NCBI GenBank assembly: GCA_037439545.1
Contig: JBBIVV010000033.1
Coordinates: 1-20,532 of the forward strand
DNA: 20,532 nt
Source of the DNA: a bacterium
GTDB taxonomy: Bacteria > JAMCPX01
Direction of reading: 5' to 3'
Position numbers and translations under genes: made by a program. Shown one piece after another: positions 1 through 9,134 of this stretch. Numbering within the stretch: the stretch's first letter is position 1; each line of letters opens with the position of its first letter. The notes beneath the pieces were generated by a model that was not told where the DNA came from, made no database searches, and was given only the letters and a program-made list of their open reading frames with translations.

Positions 1-105
1 CTTGCATAAACTGATAGAGCATATATTCGTATCGAGCAAGAGAAAGATTAGTTATCGTAATTCCATCGACTGGCTCCTTCTGACTGCAGACAGCAGGGGC
101 AAAAG

Positions 106-142
106 TCCCCGTATTCACGAGGACAAGTTTCGCGGGAATGAC
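106..142 (-). repeat. Partial REP-like palindromic element
   Basis: Minus strand reads GTCATTCCCGCGAAACTTGTCCTCGTGAATACGGGGA, i.e. the GTCATTCCCGCGAAA start of a common REP-like extragenic repeat family plus an imperfect hairpin (TCCCCGT-ATTC-ACGAGGA on +). Single copy in window; family recognised from memory. Confidence 0.4.
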
Positions 143-349
143 AGGGAAGAGAGAAATATAAATTGGAATTTTACTCACCCGCCACCACGTTGCTGAATAT
201 CTGCTGCTCTTATATATTTGCAGCTCTCTCTGCTATTCGAGATCTCTTGTTCACATCCACTTGCAAAGAGTGGTATAAAGATATAGTAGTTGTGATATAA
301 AATGTGCTATTAAAATAAGGTTAAAGGGTTAAAAATTTCGGAGGCGGCA

Positions 350-1213
350 ATGAAGATTAAGAAGGCAATAATACCTGCAGCAGGTTATGGAACAAGATTT
401 TTGCCTGTTACAAAGGCAGTACCCAAAGAACTGTTGCCCATTGTGGACAAGCCCATGATTCAGTACATCGTCGAAGAGGCAAAGGCATCGGGCATAGAGT
501 TGGTGATCCTCATCGTCAACCATGGCAAAGAAGCAATTGAGGACCACTTCGATATTAACTACGAACTCGAAGATACATTGAGGAAAAAGGGCAGCAACGG
601 CCTGCTCGGACTTATAGAGGGCCTGTCGGATATGATAAAGATTGTATCCATACGGCAAAAAAAACCGCTCGGTCTCGGTCATGCCGTTTTACAGGCAAAG
701 CACCTGATAGGCGACGAACCGTTTGCAGTGATACTCGGGGATGATATTATTGACGCGCAAAAGCCCTGCCTCCTGCAGATGGTAGATATTTATGAGAAAT
801 ACAAAAAGCCCGTCATTGCAGTGCAAAAGGTTCCAAAAACAGATACTTCGAGATACGGTATAATAAAAGGCAGTCAGACGGACAAAAGAGTTTATATGCT
901 CGACGATGTGGTGGAAAAACCCGCGCCGGACAAAGCACCGTCCGATCGTGCAATTATAGGAAGATACATACTGACCCCTGAAATATTCGATATACTTGAA
1001 AAAATACCCGCAGGTGCAGGAGGCGAGCTTCAGCTTACGGACGGGTTAAGAGAACTGTTGAAGAAAAGAGGCATGATTGGGTATGAATTTGAGGGAGACA
1101 GGTATGACGGAGGAGACAAACTTGGATTTTTACTGGCAAACATTGCATATGCGATGAAAAGATCGGAGATAAAAGATAAGCTATTAGATTATATGCGAGG
1201 GTATTTTAAATGA
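350..1213 (+). CDS. galU: UTP--glucose-1-phosphate uridylyltransferase
   Basis: KAIIPAAGYGTRFLPVTKAVPKELLPIVDKP, RQKKPLGLGHAV, VEKP and GGELQLTD motifs; GGAGG SD upstream; 287 aa. Confidence 0.96.
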   Translation: MKIKKAIIPAAGYGTRFLPVTKAVPKELLPIVDKPMIQYIVEEAKASGIELVILIVNHGKEAIEDHFDINYELEDTLRKKGSNGLLGLIEGLSDMIKIVSIRQKKPLGLGHAVLQAKHLIGDEPFAVILGDDIIDAQKPCLLQMVDIYEKYKKPVIAVQKVPKTDTSRYGIIKGSQTDKRVYMLDDVVEKPAPDKAPSDRAIIGRYILTPEIFDILEKIPAGAGGELQLTDGLRELLKKRGMIGYEFEGDRYDGGDKLGFLLANIAYAMKRSEIKDKLLDYMRGYFK

Positions 1214-2046
1214 AAAGAATGGCATTGATTGCACTCGCGTTAATTTCATTTACAGGATTTATTGTCCCATCGTCCAAGATGGCTGAGCTTATGAAAGCTC
1301 AAAAAGATTTCAAGGTGCTGATTTTAAACGGAGACGCATTCTTCAATCTCAGCAAAGATTACGTAAACAGGCCTGTGCCTTGCAGGGTTATCATAACATC
1401 GAACGGTTATATGAGACAGGACTATAAATTCCCCAAGGCGGTCGTCAGTATCATCAATGAAAGGCTCCGTCAGACAATGATTGTGAATACCGTGCGGATG
1501 CAGTTGCCCTTGCAGATATTTTCGCAAAACAACATTTTTATTCTGTTGTCAGGGCTCTATCTCTCCGGCGCTCCCCAGTCCTTATTCAATGAAATGGCAT
1601 TGGATTCGACAAAGGTAGCATATGGTCTTGCAAACAACAGGGCAGCATATATTATCGGCAATGATAATGACCAGTTGTTCATAGATAACGAAAAGACCGT
1701 TCCGATAATGTACAGGATTAAATATGAAAACAAATACATTCTCACGGTCGTTAAGGACTATTTAGACCATGCAAGGCTTGCAGAAGGTGCTGCAAAAATC
1801 AAAAAAGCGAATAGCAATGAAAGCACGTCTCTTCGGGTCGAAGCTGACGGTTATACACAAACGGACATAACGTTGCCGCAGTCCGTTGAACTGTATGACG
1901 GAGACGCGATCGTTCAGACATGGACATTTACGGACGCAGTGTTGTTTTCCAGAGATGCTGATATCAAAGGCTTGATTTTGACGCCGTATGAAATAAAACG
2001 ACTCCCGGTTTCAAAACAGGCATTATCACCGTTCATGCTATTCTGA
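1210..2046 (+). CDS. Secreted/periplasmic hypothetical protein, possibly LolA-like fold
   Basis: 278 aa ORF with ATGA overlap to galU stop; N-terminal signal-peptide-like MKRMALIALALISFTG; beta-rich segment AAYIIG...QLFIDNEKTVPI resembles LolA-superfamily proteins (fold is inference). Confidence 0.7.
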   Translation: MKRMALIALALISFTGFIVPSSKMAELMKAQKDFKVLILNGDAFFNLSKDYVNRPVPCRVIITSNGYMRQDYKFPKAVVSIINERLRQTMIVNTVRMQLPLQIFSQNNIFILLSGLYLSGAPQSLFNEMALDSTKVAYGLANNRAAYIIGNDNDQLFIDNEKTVPIMYRIKYENKYILTVVKDYLDHARLAEGAAKIKKANSNESTSLRVEADGYTQTDITLPQSVELYDGDAIVQTWTFTDAVLFSRDADIKGLILTPYEIKRLPVSKQALSPFMLF

Positions 2047-2952
2047 TTAACCAAGACCTTTTAGGAACTTCACTATAGCTGCAGTGAGGTCTTCAGGGTT
2101 ATCTTCCTGAAGGTAATGGGCGGCATGTTTAATAGTTGCGTGCGGCTGTCCCTTGGTACCGGGTATTGCCTGCTGTAAGAAGATGTCTGCACCTCTGGTT
2201 ATCGGGTCCGAATCGCTGAATGCCGTGAGAAACGGCTTTTCCCACTTAAACAGTCCATTCCATGCCTTTCTGTTGGGCTCTGTTGCCGGATCATCGGGTG
2301 AGATGGGGACGATAACCGGGAACTGACGCGCACCCGCCTTATACCGGTCGTCAGGGAACGGTGCATTGTATGCAGCTATGACCTCGGGCAATGGATTGTT
2401 CAGACACCCGCGTCTTACGATGTCTCCGGTATTGAATTCCGGTATAGTCTGCGAAAAATTGCGCCAGCGCATGAATGCCTCACCTGCCGGGATGTCTCCT
2501 GTCGGCAGGAATGTATTGCATGCGATTATGCTTGAAAACAGACCAGAATCTTCTCCTGCGGTCCGCAGGCCGATAAGCCCTCCCCAGTCATGGCATAGGA
2601 GAATTATTTCTTTGAGGTTCAGGGATTCGATAAACCTTTTTATCCAGTCCACATGCCTCCGATAGGTGTAATCCTCCCTGTGTATGGGTTTGTCCGATTT
2701 GCCGAATCCGATCAGGTCAGGGGCAATTGTGCGGAAACCGGCACCGGCTATGTGCGGAATAATCTTCCTGTAAAGATAACTCCATGTCGGTTCCCCGTGC
2801 AGAAGAAGCACGGGTATTGCATTGCCGGGCCCTTCGTCTATATAGTGCATGCGGAGTCCATCGATTTCAACATAATGCGGGGAAAACGGGTAATCTTTCA
2901 GATTATTGAAGTATTCGTCAGGCGTGCGTATAAACTCTATTTTATCAGCCAT
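2047..2952 (-). CDS. Haloalkane dehalogenase (alpha/beta hydrolase, DhmA/DhlA-like)
   Basis: RTPDEYF N-terminus, LLHGEPTWSYLYRK, nucleophile elbow HDWGG, C-terminal HYLQED; SD AAGGAGGG upstream. Confidence 0.9.
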   Translation of the reverse strand: MADKIEFIRTPDEYFNNLKDYPFSPHYVEIDGLRMHYIDEGPGNAIPVLLLHGEPTWSYLYRKIIPHIAGAGFRTIAPDLIGFGKSDKPIHREDYTYRRHVDWIKRFIESLNLKEIILLCHDWGGLIGLRTAGEDSGLFSSIIACNTFLPTGDIPAGEAFMRWRNFSQTIPEFNTGDIVRRGCLNNPLPEVIAAYNAPFPDDRYKAGARQFPVIVPISPDDPATEPNRKAWNGLFKWEKPFLTAFSDSDPITRGADIFLQQAIPGTKGQPHATIKHAAHYLQEDNPEDLTAAIVKFLKGLG

Positions 2953-2972
2953 GGTACACCCTCCTTATTCAT

Positions 2973-3000
2973 AGTATAATCCCCATTGCCTGCGGGTCAA
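2973..3000 (-). promoter_or_regulatory. Sigma70-type promoter for the dehalogenase
   Basis: Minus strand TTGACC-16 nt-TATACT just upstream of SD AAGGAGGG (2959-2966). Confidence 0.55.
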
Positions 3001-3018
3001 CATTGTATCGGTATAAGC

Positions 3019-3047
3019 TTGAATTACGCAGAGGTTTATTCTATAAG
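3019..3047 (+). promoter_or_regulatory. Candidate sigma70 promoter for the long + strand operon
   Basis: TTGAAT-17 nt-TATAAG upstream of SD GGAGG (3056-3060). Confidence 0.4.
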
Positions 3048-3064
3048 GGAGTAATGGAGGCATT

Positions 3065-3169
3065 ATGGCTGAACAGATATCTGTATTAATTGAAAATACC
3101 GGAGGCAGATTGAAGGTGCCGTCATCTTTGGATACAGCCATTTTAGCTACAAAAGAGCAGTTACAATAA
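3065..3169 (+). pseudogene. Truncated remnant of an ACT-domain protein (34 aa)
   Basis: SD GGAGG then MAEQISVLIENTGGRL..., matching the N-terminal xQISVFxENxxGRL signature of small ACT-domain proteins; similarity ends after ~16 aa, stop at 3167-3169. Confidence 0.55.
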
Positions 3170-3182
3170 AAAGGAGGATTTT

Positions 3183-3236
3183 ATGAAAAAATCTTTTCCG
3201 GTGCAATACAGCTTTAAGACAGGCATAGGTGTATGA
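3183..3236 (+). other. SD-led 17-aa mini-ORF coupled to the lipase start
   Basis: AAGGAGG at 3171-3177, ATG at 3183, MKKSFPVQYSFKTGIGV*, TGA at 3234-3236 overlaps ATGATG of the next gene. Confidence 0.35.
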
Positions 3237-4060
3237 TGGCGGCTCACAAAGAAGGCATAGTAAAAGCCAAAGACAATACGGAGATATTTTACAAATACAT
3301 ACTTGCAGATAAACCGAAAGCATCTGTTTTCATTGTCCATGGACTTGGCGAGCACCTGGGCAGGTATGGGAATGTGACCAATACCCTGAAAGATTATAAC
3401 CTGTTCCTCCTTGATCTCAGGGGGCATGGTAAATCAGGGGGTAAAAGGGGGCATGTCATGCGTTTTGAGGAATACCTCGATGATGTCGATGCACTCAGAA
3501 ACGAGATGAAGACCCTTGTTCAGGGAAAAACGTTTGTCCTCGGTCACAGCATGGGAGGATTGGTAGCCCTGAGATATGCCCTGTACAGGCCTCAGGGGCT
3601 TTCGGGTGTAGTATCATCCGGTCCCCTGCTCGGTGTAAATGTAAAGGTACCGAAAATAAAGGACGTGATAGGCAGGCTCGTTGCCAACGTTGCCCCTGGT
3701 TTGTCCATGAGCAATGAAATAGATACGACAAAGCTGTCGCACGATAAAGCCGTCGTTGATGCCTATAATAATGACCCGCTCGTGCATGCAAAGGTAAGTG
3801 CAAGGTGGTATGTAGAGCTGGTAAAGGCAATGGAAGACACACTTGCGAATGCAGGCAAATTGACCATGCCCTGCCTGATCATGCACGGCAGTGCGGATGC
3901 ATTGACCAACCCTCAAACTTCCAGGCAGTTTTATGAAAACGCAGGTTCGACAGATAAGACGTATAAGCTTTATGAGGGGTATTACCACGAAATCTTCAAT
4001 GAAGTAGACAAACAAAAACCCCTTTCTGATCTTCTGGAATGGATAAACAAAAGGGCATAG
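3233..4060 (+). CDS. Lysophospholipase/monoacylglycerol lipase (alpha/beta hydrolase)
   Basis: VHGLGEHLGRY, DLRGHGKS, GHSMGG nucleophile, HGSAD, YHEIFNE. Start may be 3236. Confidence 0.9.
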   Translation: MMAAHKEGIVKAKDNTEIFYKYILADKPKASVFIVHGLGEHLGRYGNVTNTLKDYNLFLLDLRGHGKSGGKRGHVMRFEEYLDDVDALRNEMKTLVQGKTFVLGHSMGGLVALRYALYRPQGLSGVVSSGPLLGVNVKVPKIKDVIGRLVANVAPGLSMSNEIDTTKLSHDKAVVDAYNNDPLVHAKVSARWYVELVKAMEDTLANAGKLTMPCLIMHGSADALTNPQTSRQFYENAGSTDKTYKLYEGYYHEIFNEVDKQKPLSDLLEWINKRA

Positions 4061-4068
4061 GAACAACT

Positions 4069-5634
4069 ATGTATAAATTCAAAACAGTTAAAGAACTCGT
4101 AACCCGGCAAGCCAAGACAATGCCTGACAGGATTCTCATGTACCATAAAGACATGACAAAAACATACCATGAGATGGATGAAGTGTCGAACAGGGTAGGC
4201 AACGGCTTTCTGTCCCTTGGCGTTAAAAAAGGTGACAGGGTAACCCTGCTTATACCAAACAGGCCTGAGTTCATCTATGCATGGTTCGGTCTGATGAAGA
4301 TAGGTGCTGTCATGGTACCGATTAACGTCCAGTTTAAGCCTGACGAGGTAAAATACATCGTGAATAATTCCGAAGCAGGCACACTGGTAACGACAGGTGC
4401 ATTCCAGGACGCAATAACCGGTATAAAGGACACTATGCCGTTGTTAAAACATATCGTTGTCATTGATCCAAAGGACAGGGCAGGCATTATACCGTTTGAA
4501 CAGATCATGTCGGGCAGCCCGTCCCAGCCCGATGTTGTCGTCGATGAGCACGATTATGCGTCATTCATCTATACATCGGGTACAACGGGCTATCCAAAGG
4601 GTGTCATCGATACGCACCGTAACTATATAGCCAATGCACACCAGATAGCAGAGGCTGCGGAGTTCACGGAAAAGGACAGGGCGATGCTGATACTGCCCCT
4701 GTTCCACTGTAATGCACAGGTCGTTACCGCGATTGCGCCGATGTATGCGGGTGCGAGCTTTGTACTCATGGAAGGGTTTTCTCCAAAGGACTTCCTGCCT
4801 GCTATTGACAAATACAGGCCTTCGACATTCAGCGGAGTCCCGACTGTTTATGCCATTCTCAACAGCCTTCCTGATGCAGAAAAGTATGATCTCTCATCTT
4901 TAAGGTTCGTCATATGCGGTGCAGCTCCGATGCCTGTTGAAGTCTTCACTACGTTCGAAAAAAAATACAAGGCATTCATACTCGAAGGCTACGGACTGTC
5001 TGAAGCTACGTGCGCAAGCATAATAAACCCTTTGAAAGGCAAGAGAAAAATAGGCTCTATCGGCAAGCCGCTCAACGGACAGGCGGCGCGCATCCTCGAT
5101 GAGATCAACAAAGAGATCCCCCGGGGACAGATCGGCGAGATATGCATAAAGGGCGATGTGGTCATGACAGGTTATTACAAGAATCCCCAGGCGACCGCAT
5201 CAACGGTAATAGACGGCTGGCTGCATACCGGGGACCTCGGGTATATGGATGAAGAGGGGTATTTCTATATTATCGGAAGAAGCAAGGAAATGATCATACG
5301 GGGTGGTGAAAACATCTATCCGAAAGAGATTGAAGAAGCGCTTTACCGGTACCCGAAGGTCCAGGAAGCTGCCGTTGTAGGCATACCTGATCCGAAATGG
5401 GGTGAGGAGGTGTTCGGCTTTATCGTACCAAAGCAGGGCATGCAGGTATCGGCTGAAGAGCTCTCTGTCTTTTTAAAGGAAAAGGTCGCGGATTACAAGA
5501 TACCGAAGCGTTTTGTAGTGAAGGACAATCTGCCGAAAACAGCTACAGGCAAAATACAGAAGAATAAGATTATCGAACAGTATGCACAGGAACACGGGAT
5601 CGATCTTTCAAAAAAGTTTGCGGCAAAAAAATAG
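4069..5634 (+). CDS. Long-chain fatty acid--CoA ligase (AMP-binding family)
   Basis: YTSGTTGYPKG, EGYGLSE, GWLHTGDLG, IIRGGENIYPKEIE, LPKTATGKIQK. Start set at ATG 4069, after the upstream stop. Confidence 0.92.
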   Translation: MYKFKTVKELVTRQAKTMPDRILMYHKDMTKTYHEMDEVSNRVGNGFLSLGVKKGDRVTLLIPNRPEFIYAWFGLMKIGAVMVPINVQFKPDEVKYIVNNSEAGTLVTTGAFQDAITGIKDTMPLLKHIVVIDPKDRAGIIPFEQIMSGSPSQPDVVVDEHDYASFIYTSGTTGYPKGVIDTHRNYIANAHQIAEAAEFTEKDRAMLILPLFHCNAQVVTAIAPMYAGASFVLMEGFSPKDFLPAIDKYRPSTFSGVPTVYAILNSLPDAEKYDLSSLRFVICGAAPMPVEVFTTFEKKYKAFILEGYGLSEATCASIINPLKGKRKIGSIGKPLNGQAARILDEINKEIPRGQIGEICIKGDVVMTGYYKNPQATASTVIDGWLHTGDLGYMDEEGYFYIIGRSKEMIIRGGENIYPKEIEEALYRYPKVQEAAVVGIPDPKWGEEVFGFIVPKQGMQVSAEELSVFLKEKVADYKIPKRFVVKDNLPKTATGKIQKNKIIEQYAQEHGIDLSKKFAAKK

Positions 5635-5646
5635 AAAGGAAATAAA

Positions 5647-6912
5647 ATGAATAAGGTAGGAATTGTAGGGTTCGGCACGACGCAATTCAAAGCAAGATGG
5701 ATAGAAAAAACATATTACGAGCTTGCTTATGATGCGGCAAAGCTGGCACTGGAAGACGCCGGCATCGGCAAAAAAGAGGTCGGCGGAGTTGTGTACGGTA
5801 TTTATAACGAGTTTTTTGAAAGACAGTTCATGCCCGATGTCTATATCCATAACTACATAGGCATGGGGCTGAAGCCCTCGGTAAGGGTAGCAACCGGCGG
5901 TGCAACCGGCGGAGCTGCTGTTTTTGTCGGCTGGACGTGGATTGCATCCGGCTTATATGATATTGTAATGGTTCTTGGCGTCGAGAAGGCAACGGACAAC
6001 TATAATTATGCGGTCGGTCATGCTACACCCGAGACGCTCAAAGCAATACTGTTTTCCGGTGATATGACCTTTGAAAACCCGTCCGGCCTTACTGCTGCTG
6101 CATCCTATGCATTGCCGTTGATAGCACATATAAATAAGTACGGCACACCGACTGAAAAACAAATGGCAATGGTCTCCGTAAAAAACCATAAGAACGCCAT
6201 GAACAATCCGATTGCACAAAGCCCAAAGCTGTTGACCGTCGATGAAGTGTTAAATTCAAAGATGATCACCTATCCGTTCAAGTTTTATGATAACTGCCTC
6301 TATTCTGAAGGTGCATCTGCCGTCATACTTGCATCGGAAAAGGTGGCACGATCCCTTTCGGACAACCCTGCATGGATATCGGGTGTCGGTCTTTCTTTGG
6401 ACAAGGCTTTCGCCGGTGAGAGGGACGATATAACGGTCTTTACATCGAGCCTTTACGCAGGCAGGGACGCCTATAAGATGGCAGGTATAAAGAACCCGCG
6501 AAAGGAGCTTGATTTTGCAGAGCTCCACGATGCATTTACAGGTGCCGAAATACTTTCCTATGAGGCATTCAACTTCTGTAAACCGGGAGACGGCGGCAAA
6601 TTGATCGAGGACGGTGTCGTCGAAATGTCGGGCCCATTACCGGTGAATCCGAGCGGAGGCTTGATAGGCTGTGGACATGCGGTCGGTGCAACAGGCGTTA
6701 TGCAGACCGGTGAGGCCGCGCTGCAGGTCCAGGGAAGGGCGGGCAAACGGCAGGTCAGGAATGCAAGGAAAGGACTTGTCCAGAGTATTGGAGGCCCTGC
6801 AACAGCATGGACGGCAGCAGTGGTTGTAGAGAGACAGGAAAAAAGTACGGTGAGGAAGAATTCTAAGGCACAGGGTAGGAAGCGGGTAAGAGCTAAAAGA
6901 GCAAGGAGTTAA
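5647..6912 (+). CDS. Thiolase-fold protein (SCP2/Ltp type) lacking the N-terminal catalytic Cys
   Basis: AELHDAF and NPSGG..GHAVGATG motifs present; RVATGGATG in place of RVExACASG; basic C-terminal tail. Confidence 0.88.
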   Translation: MNKVGIVGFGTTQFKARWIEKTYYELAYDAAKLALEDAGIGKKEVGGVVYGIYNEFFERQFMPDVYIHNYIGMGLKPSVRVATGGATGGAAVFVGWTWIASGLYDIVMVLGVEKATDNYNYAVGHATPETLKAILFSGDMTFENPSGLTAAASYALPLIAHINKYGTPTEKQMAMVSVKNHKNAMNNPIAQSPKLLTVDEVLNSKMITYPFKFYDNCLYSEGASAVILASEKVARSLSDNPAWISGVGLSLDKAFAGERDDITVFTSSLYAGRDAYKMAGIKNPRKELDFAELHDAFTGAEILSYEAFNFCKPGDGGKLIEDGVVEMSGPLPVNPSGGLIGCGHAVGATGVMQTGEAALQVQGRAGKRQVRNARKGLVQSIGGPATAWTAAVVVERQEKSTVRKNSKAQGRKRVRAKRARS

Positions 6913-6921
6913 GGAGTGACT

Positions 6922-7482
6922 ATGATACAGAACAAAGAACAGTGGCTCGAGCAGGCATCAAAAAAGATAAAAGTTCCCAAAGAGCTTATTGCAAAGGCAT
7001 TTAAAAATGAGCTTGAAGGCAGCCCATCTATAGATTCACCTCTTGAAATCCCCGATATTATGGATATAACATATAAATACAGCTATGGCGGCATATCGAG
7101 ATTTTTCAGGGAAATAAGGGACAATAAAAAGCTTTATGGATCAAAGTGCACGCATTGCGGCAAGGTATGGCTGCCTCCACGGATAAACTGCAATGAATGC
7201 TATGCACCTACGGCATGGGTAAAATTAGGAGATACCGCAGAAGTCGTGACCTATACGATCGTATATTATGGGACTTCGACATTCTATGATAAAACTCCTT
7301 ATGTCTGTGCGTTCGTAAAGGCAGACGGGGCCGACACCTTGATCATGCAGAACATATTTATGAAGGATATAACAAAGGCAAGGGCAGGGATGAAGGTAAA
7401 GATTCAATTTAAAGAGCAGAGGAACGGAGATATGGGTGATTTCTGGTATGTGCCTATTAATGAGGTGAGTGACCATGCATGA
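6922..7482 (+). CDS. DUF35 Zn-ribbon/OB-fold protein (thiolase/aldolase partner)
   Basis: CTHCG..LPPRINCNEC zinc ribbon then VVTYTIV..PYVCAFV OB-fold; AAGGAG SD before ATG 6922. Confidence 0.88.
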   Translation: MIQNKEQWLEQASKKIKVPKELIAKAFKNELEGSPSIDSPLEIPDIMDITYKYSYGGISRFFREIRDNKKLYGSKCTHCGKVWLPPRINCNECYAPTAWVKLGDTAEVVTYTIVYYGTSTFYDKTPYVCAFVKADGADTLIMQNIFMKDITKARAGMKVKIQFKEQRNGDMGDFWYVPINEVSDHA

Positions 7483-7933
7483 TGTGTACGAGAGGAACAT
7501 AAATATAAGACTTTCTCCAGTCGATACGAATACGGTCCTGCTTACGACCTCTCTGCTGGACCTGCATCACAGTATAACCGTTGAGATAAAGCTGAATCTT
7601 ACGACGCAGGAAATCATAGATGCGGACGTAAAGATGATGCGAATTCCTTACACAGGATGCTCGAAGGCAAAAGAAAATATAAATAAAATTATTGGACTTA
7701 AAGTCGAACGTGGTGTAAATAAGAAGATAGCCGATGCGATGGGTCATGCAACCGGATGTACCCATATTGTAGAGATATTACAAAACGCTATGAGATTTGC
7801 CGCATCTATGCTAATAGGGGTAAGGGCAGGGTATGGGACATACGATAAACGAAAAGTAATCAGTGAGGAGGAGCGTATAGCAAACGTTATGCCTTATTTA
7901 AAAAATTCATGTATTGTTTTTAAGGAAGGATAA
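7475..7933 (+). CDS. DUF2889-family protein
   Basis: R-x-I..D..H N-terminus, PY..C and GCTH motifs typical of DUF2889; SD GAGGTGA. Confidence 0.75.
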   Translation: MHDVYERNINIRLSPVDTNTVLLTTSLLDLHHSITVEIKLNLTTQEIIDADVKMMRIPYTGCSKAKENINKIIGLKVERGVNKKIADAMGHATGCTHIVEILQNAMRFAASMLIGVRAGYGTYDKRKVISEEERIANVMPYLKNSCIVFKEG

Positions 7934-7935
7934 AA

Positions 7936-9126
7936 ATGGCATTATCATTACCAAAAGGCTTTCTTTATGCAGGCGGTACCGGCGGTATCAAGAACGACGG
8001 AAAAAAAGATCTTGCCGTCGTATACTCAGAGGTACCGTCAATAGCGGCGGGCCTGTTTACGACCAACGCTATAAAAGCTGCGCCTGTCGTTGTTTCCATG
8101 GGACAGCTTAAAAAGGGCAAGAAAAGGATGATCATCGCAAACAGCGGAATTGCCAATGCAGCGACAGCCCAGGAAGGTATAAAGGATGTTCAGGAAATCA
8201 TCAATGCCTATGCAAAGGGCTTCAGCATAAAGCCCGAGGAGATACTTGTTGCATCGACAGGCATCATCGGCAGGAGGCTGCCGGTTGAAAAGATGATATC
8301 CCAGATAACCGCATTGAAAAACGATCTCTCGAGGCAGGGCTTCATGGACGCGGTAAAGGCAATCATGACGACAGACACTGTTCCAAAATACGGCTCGCGC
8401 AGATTAAAGATCGGCAGCAAAGAGATAATACTCACAGGATTTGTGAAAGGATCGGGCATGATACAGCCGCACCTTGCAACAATGCTGGGGTTCTTTACCT
8501 CGGATGTAAATATAACCCCGGGTGCATTGAAGAAGGCAATACTCGCTGCAGCAGACGCATCGTTCAACAGGATCACAATCGATGGAGAAATGAGCACCAA
8601 TGATACCGTGCTGATCCTTGCAAACGGGCTTGCTGATAATGATATAATCACGGAAGAAGGCAGACATTATACGGCATTCGAACAGGCTTTTGTCGATCTG
8701 ACGAAAGAGCTGGCTGAAAAAATGGTGAAGGACGGAGAAGGGGCAAACAAGGTAATAGAGATCAATGTGATGGGTGCCAAAAATGAGGAGGATGCAAAGA
8801 AGGTTGCATTCAAACTTGCGAATTCCCCATTGATAAAAACCGCATTTTTCGGAGAAGATCCAAACTGGGGGCGTATTGTCGCAACAGTCGGGGCTGCCTG
8901 TTCCTATGTAAACGAAGCAGGCTTGAAAATATGGATTGGCAAACAGCCTGTTTTCAGTTCCGGCAAAGGCATTGACAACGAATCACTTTTAAAAGTGAGA
9001 AACTCCATGAAGAACCGGACAATCCAGCTTGCAGTCGATCTTGGGGCCGGGGGTAAAACATTCAGTGTCATGACATGCGATCTCACCTATGATTATATCC
9101 GCATTAACTCGACCTACACAAGTTAG
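7936..9126 (+). CDS. argJ: Glutamate N-acetyltransferase / ornithine acetyltransferase
   Basis: NSGIANAAT, STGIIG, IMTTD, KGSGMIQPHLATML autocleavage site, DGEGA, GEDPNWGRI, CDLTYDYIRIN. Confidence 0.96.
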   Translation: MALSLPKGFLYAGGTGGIKNDGKKDLAVVYSEVPSIAAGLFTTNAIKAAPVVVSMGQLKKGKKRMIIANSGIANAATAQEGIKDVQEIINAYAKGFSIKPEEILVASTGIIGRRLPVEKMISQITALKNDLSRQGFMDAVKAIMTTDTVPKYGSRRLKIGSKEIILTGFVKGSGMIQPHLATMLGFFTSDVNITPGALKKAILAAADASFNRITIDGEMSTNDTVLILANGLADNDIITEEGRHYTAFEQAFVDLTKELAEKMVKDGEGANKVIEINVMGAKNEEDAKKVAFKLANSPLIKTAFFGEDPNWGRIVATVGAACSYVNEAGLKIWIGKQPVFSSGKGIDNESLLKVRNSMKNRTIQLAVDLGAGGKTFSVMTCDLTYDYIRINSTYTS

Positions 9127-9134
9127 GAGGCTGT

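Noticed and set aside
91..140. c-di-GMP-I riboswitch suggested by GGGCAAA
   Set aside because: No GAAA tetraloop stem or downstream GCAAAGC element.
2..196. 64-aa ORF at the window start
   Set aside because: No motif, runs through a REP-like palindrome; probably spurious.
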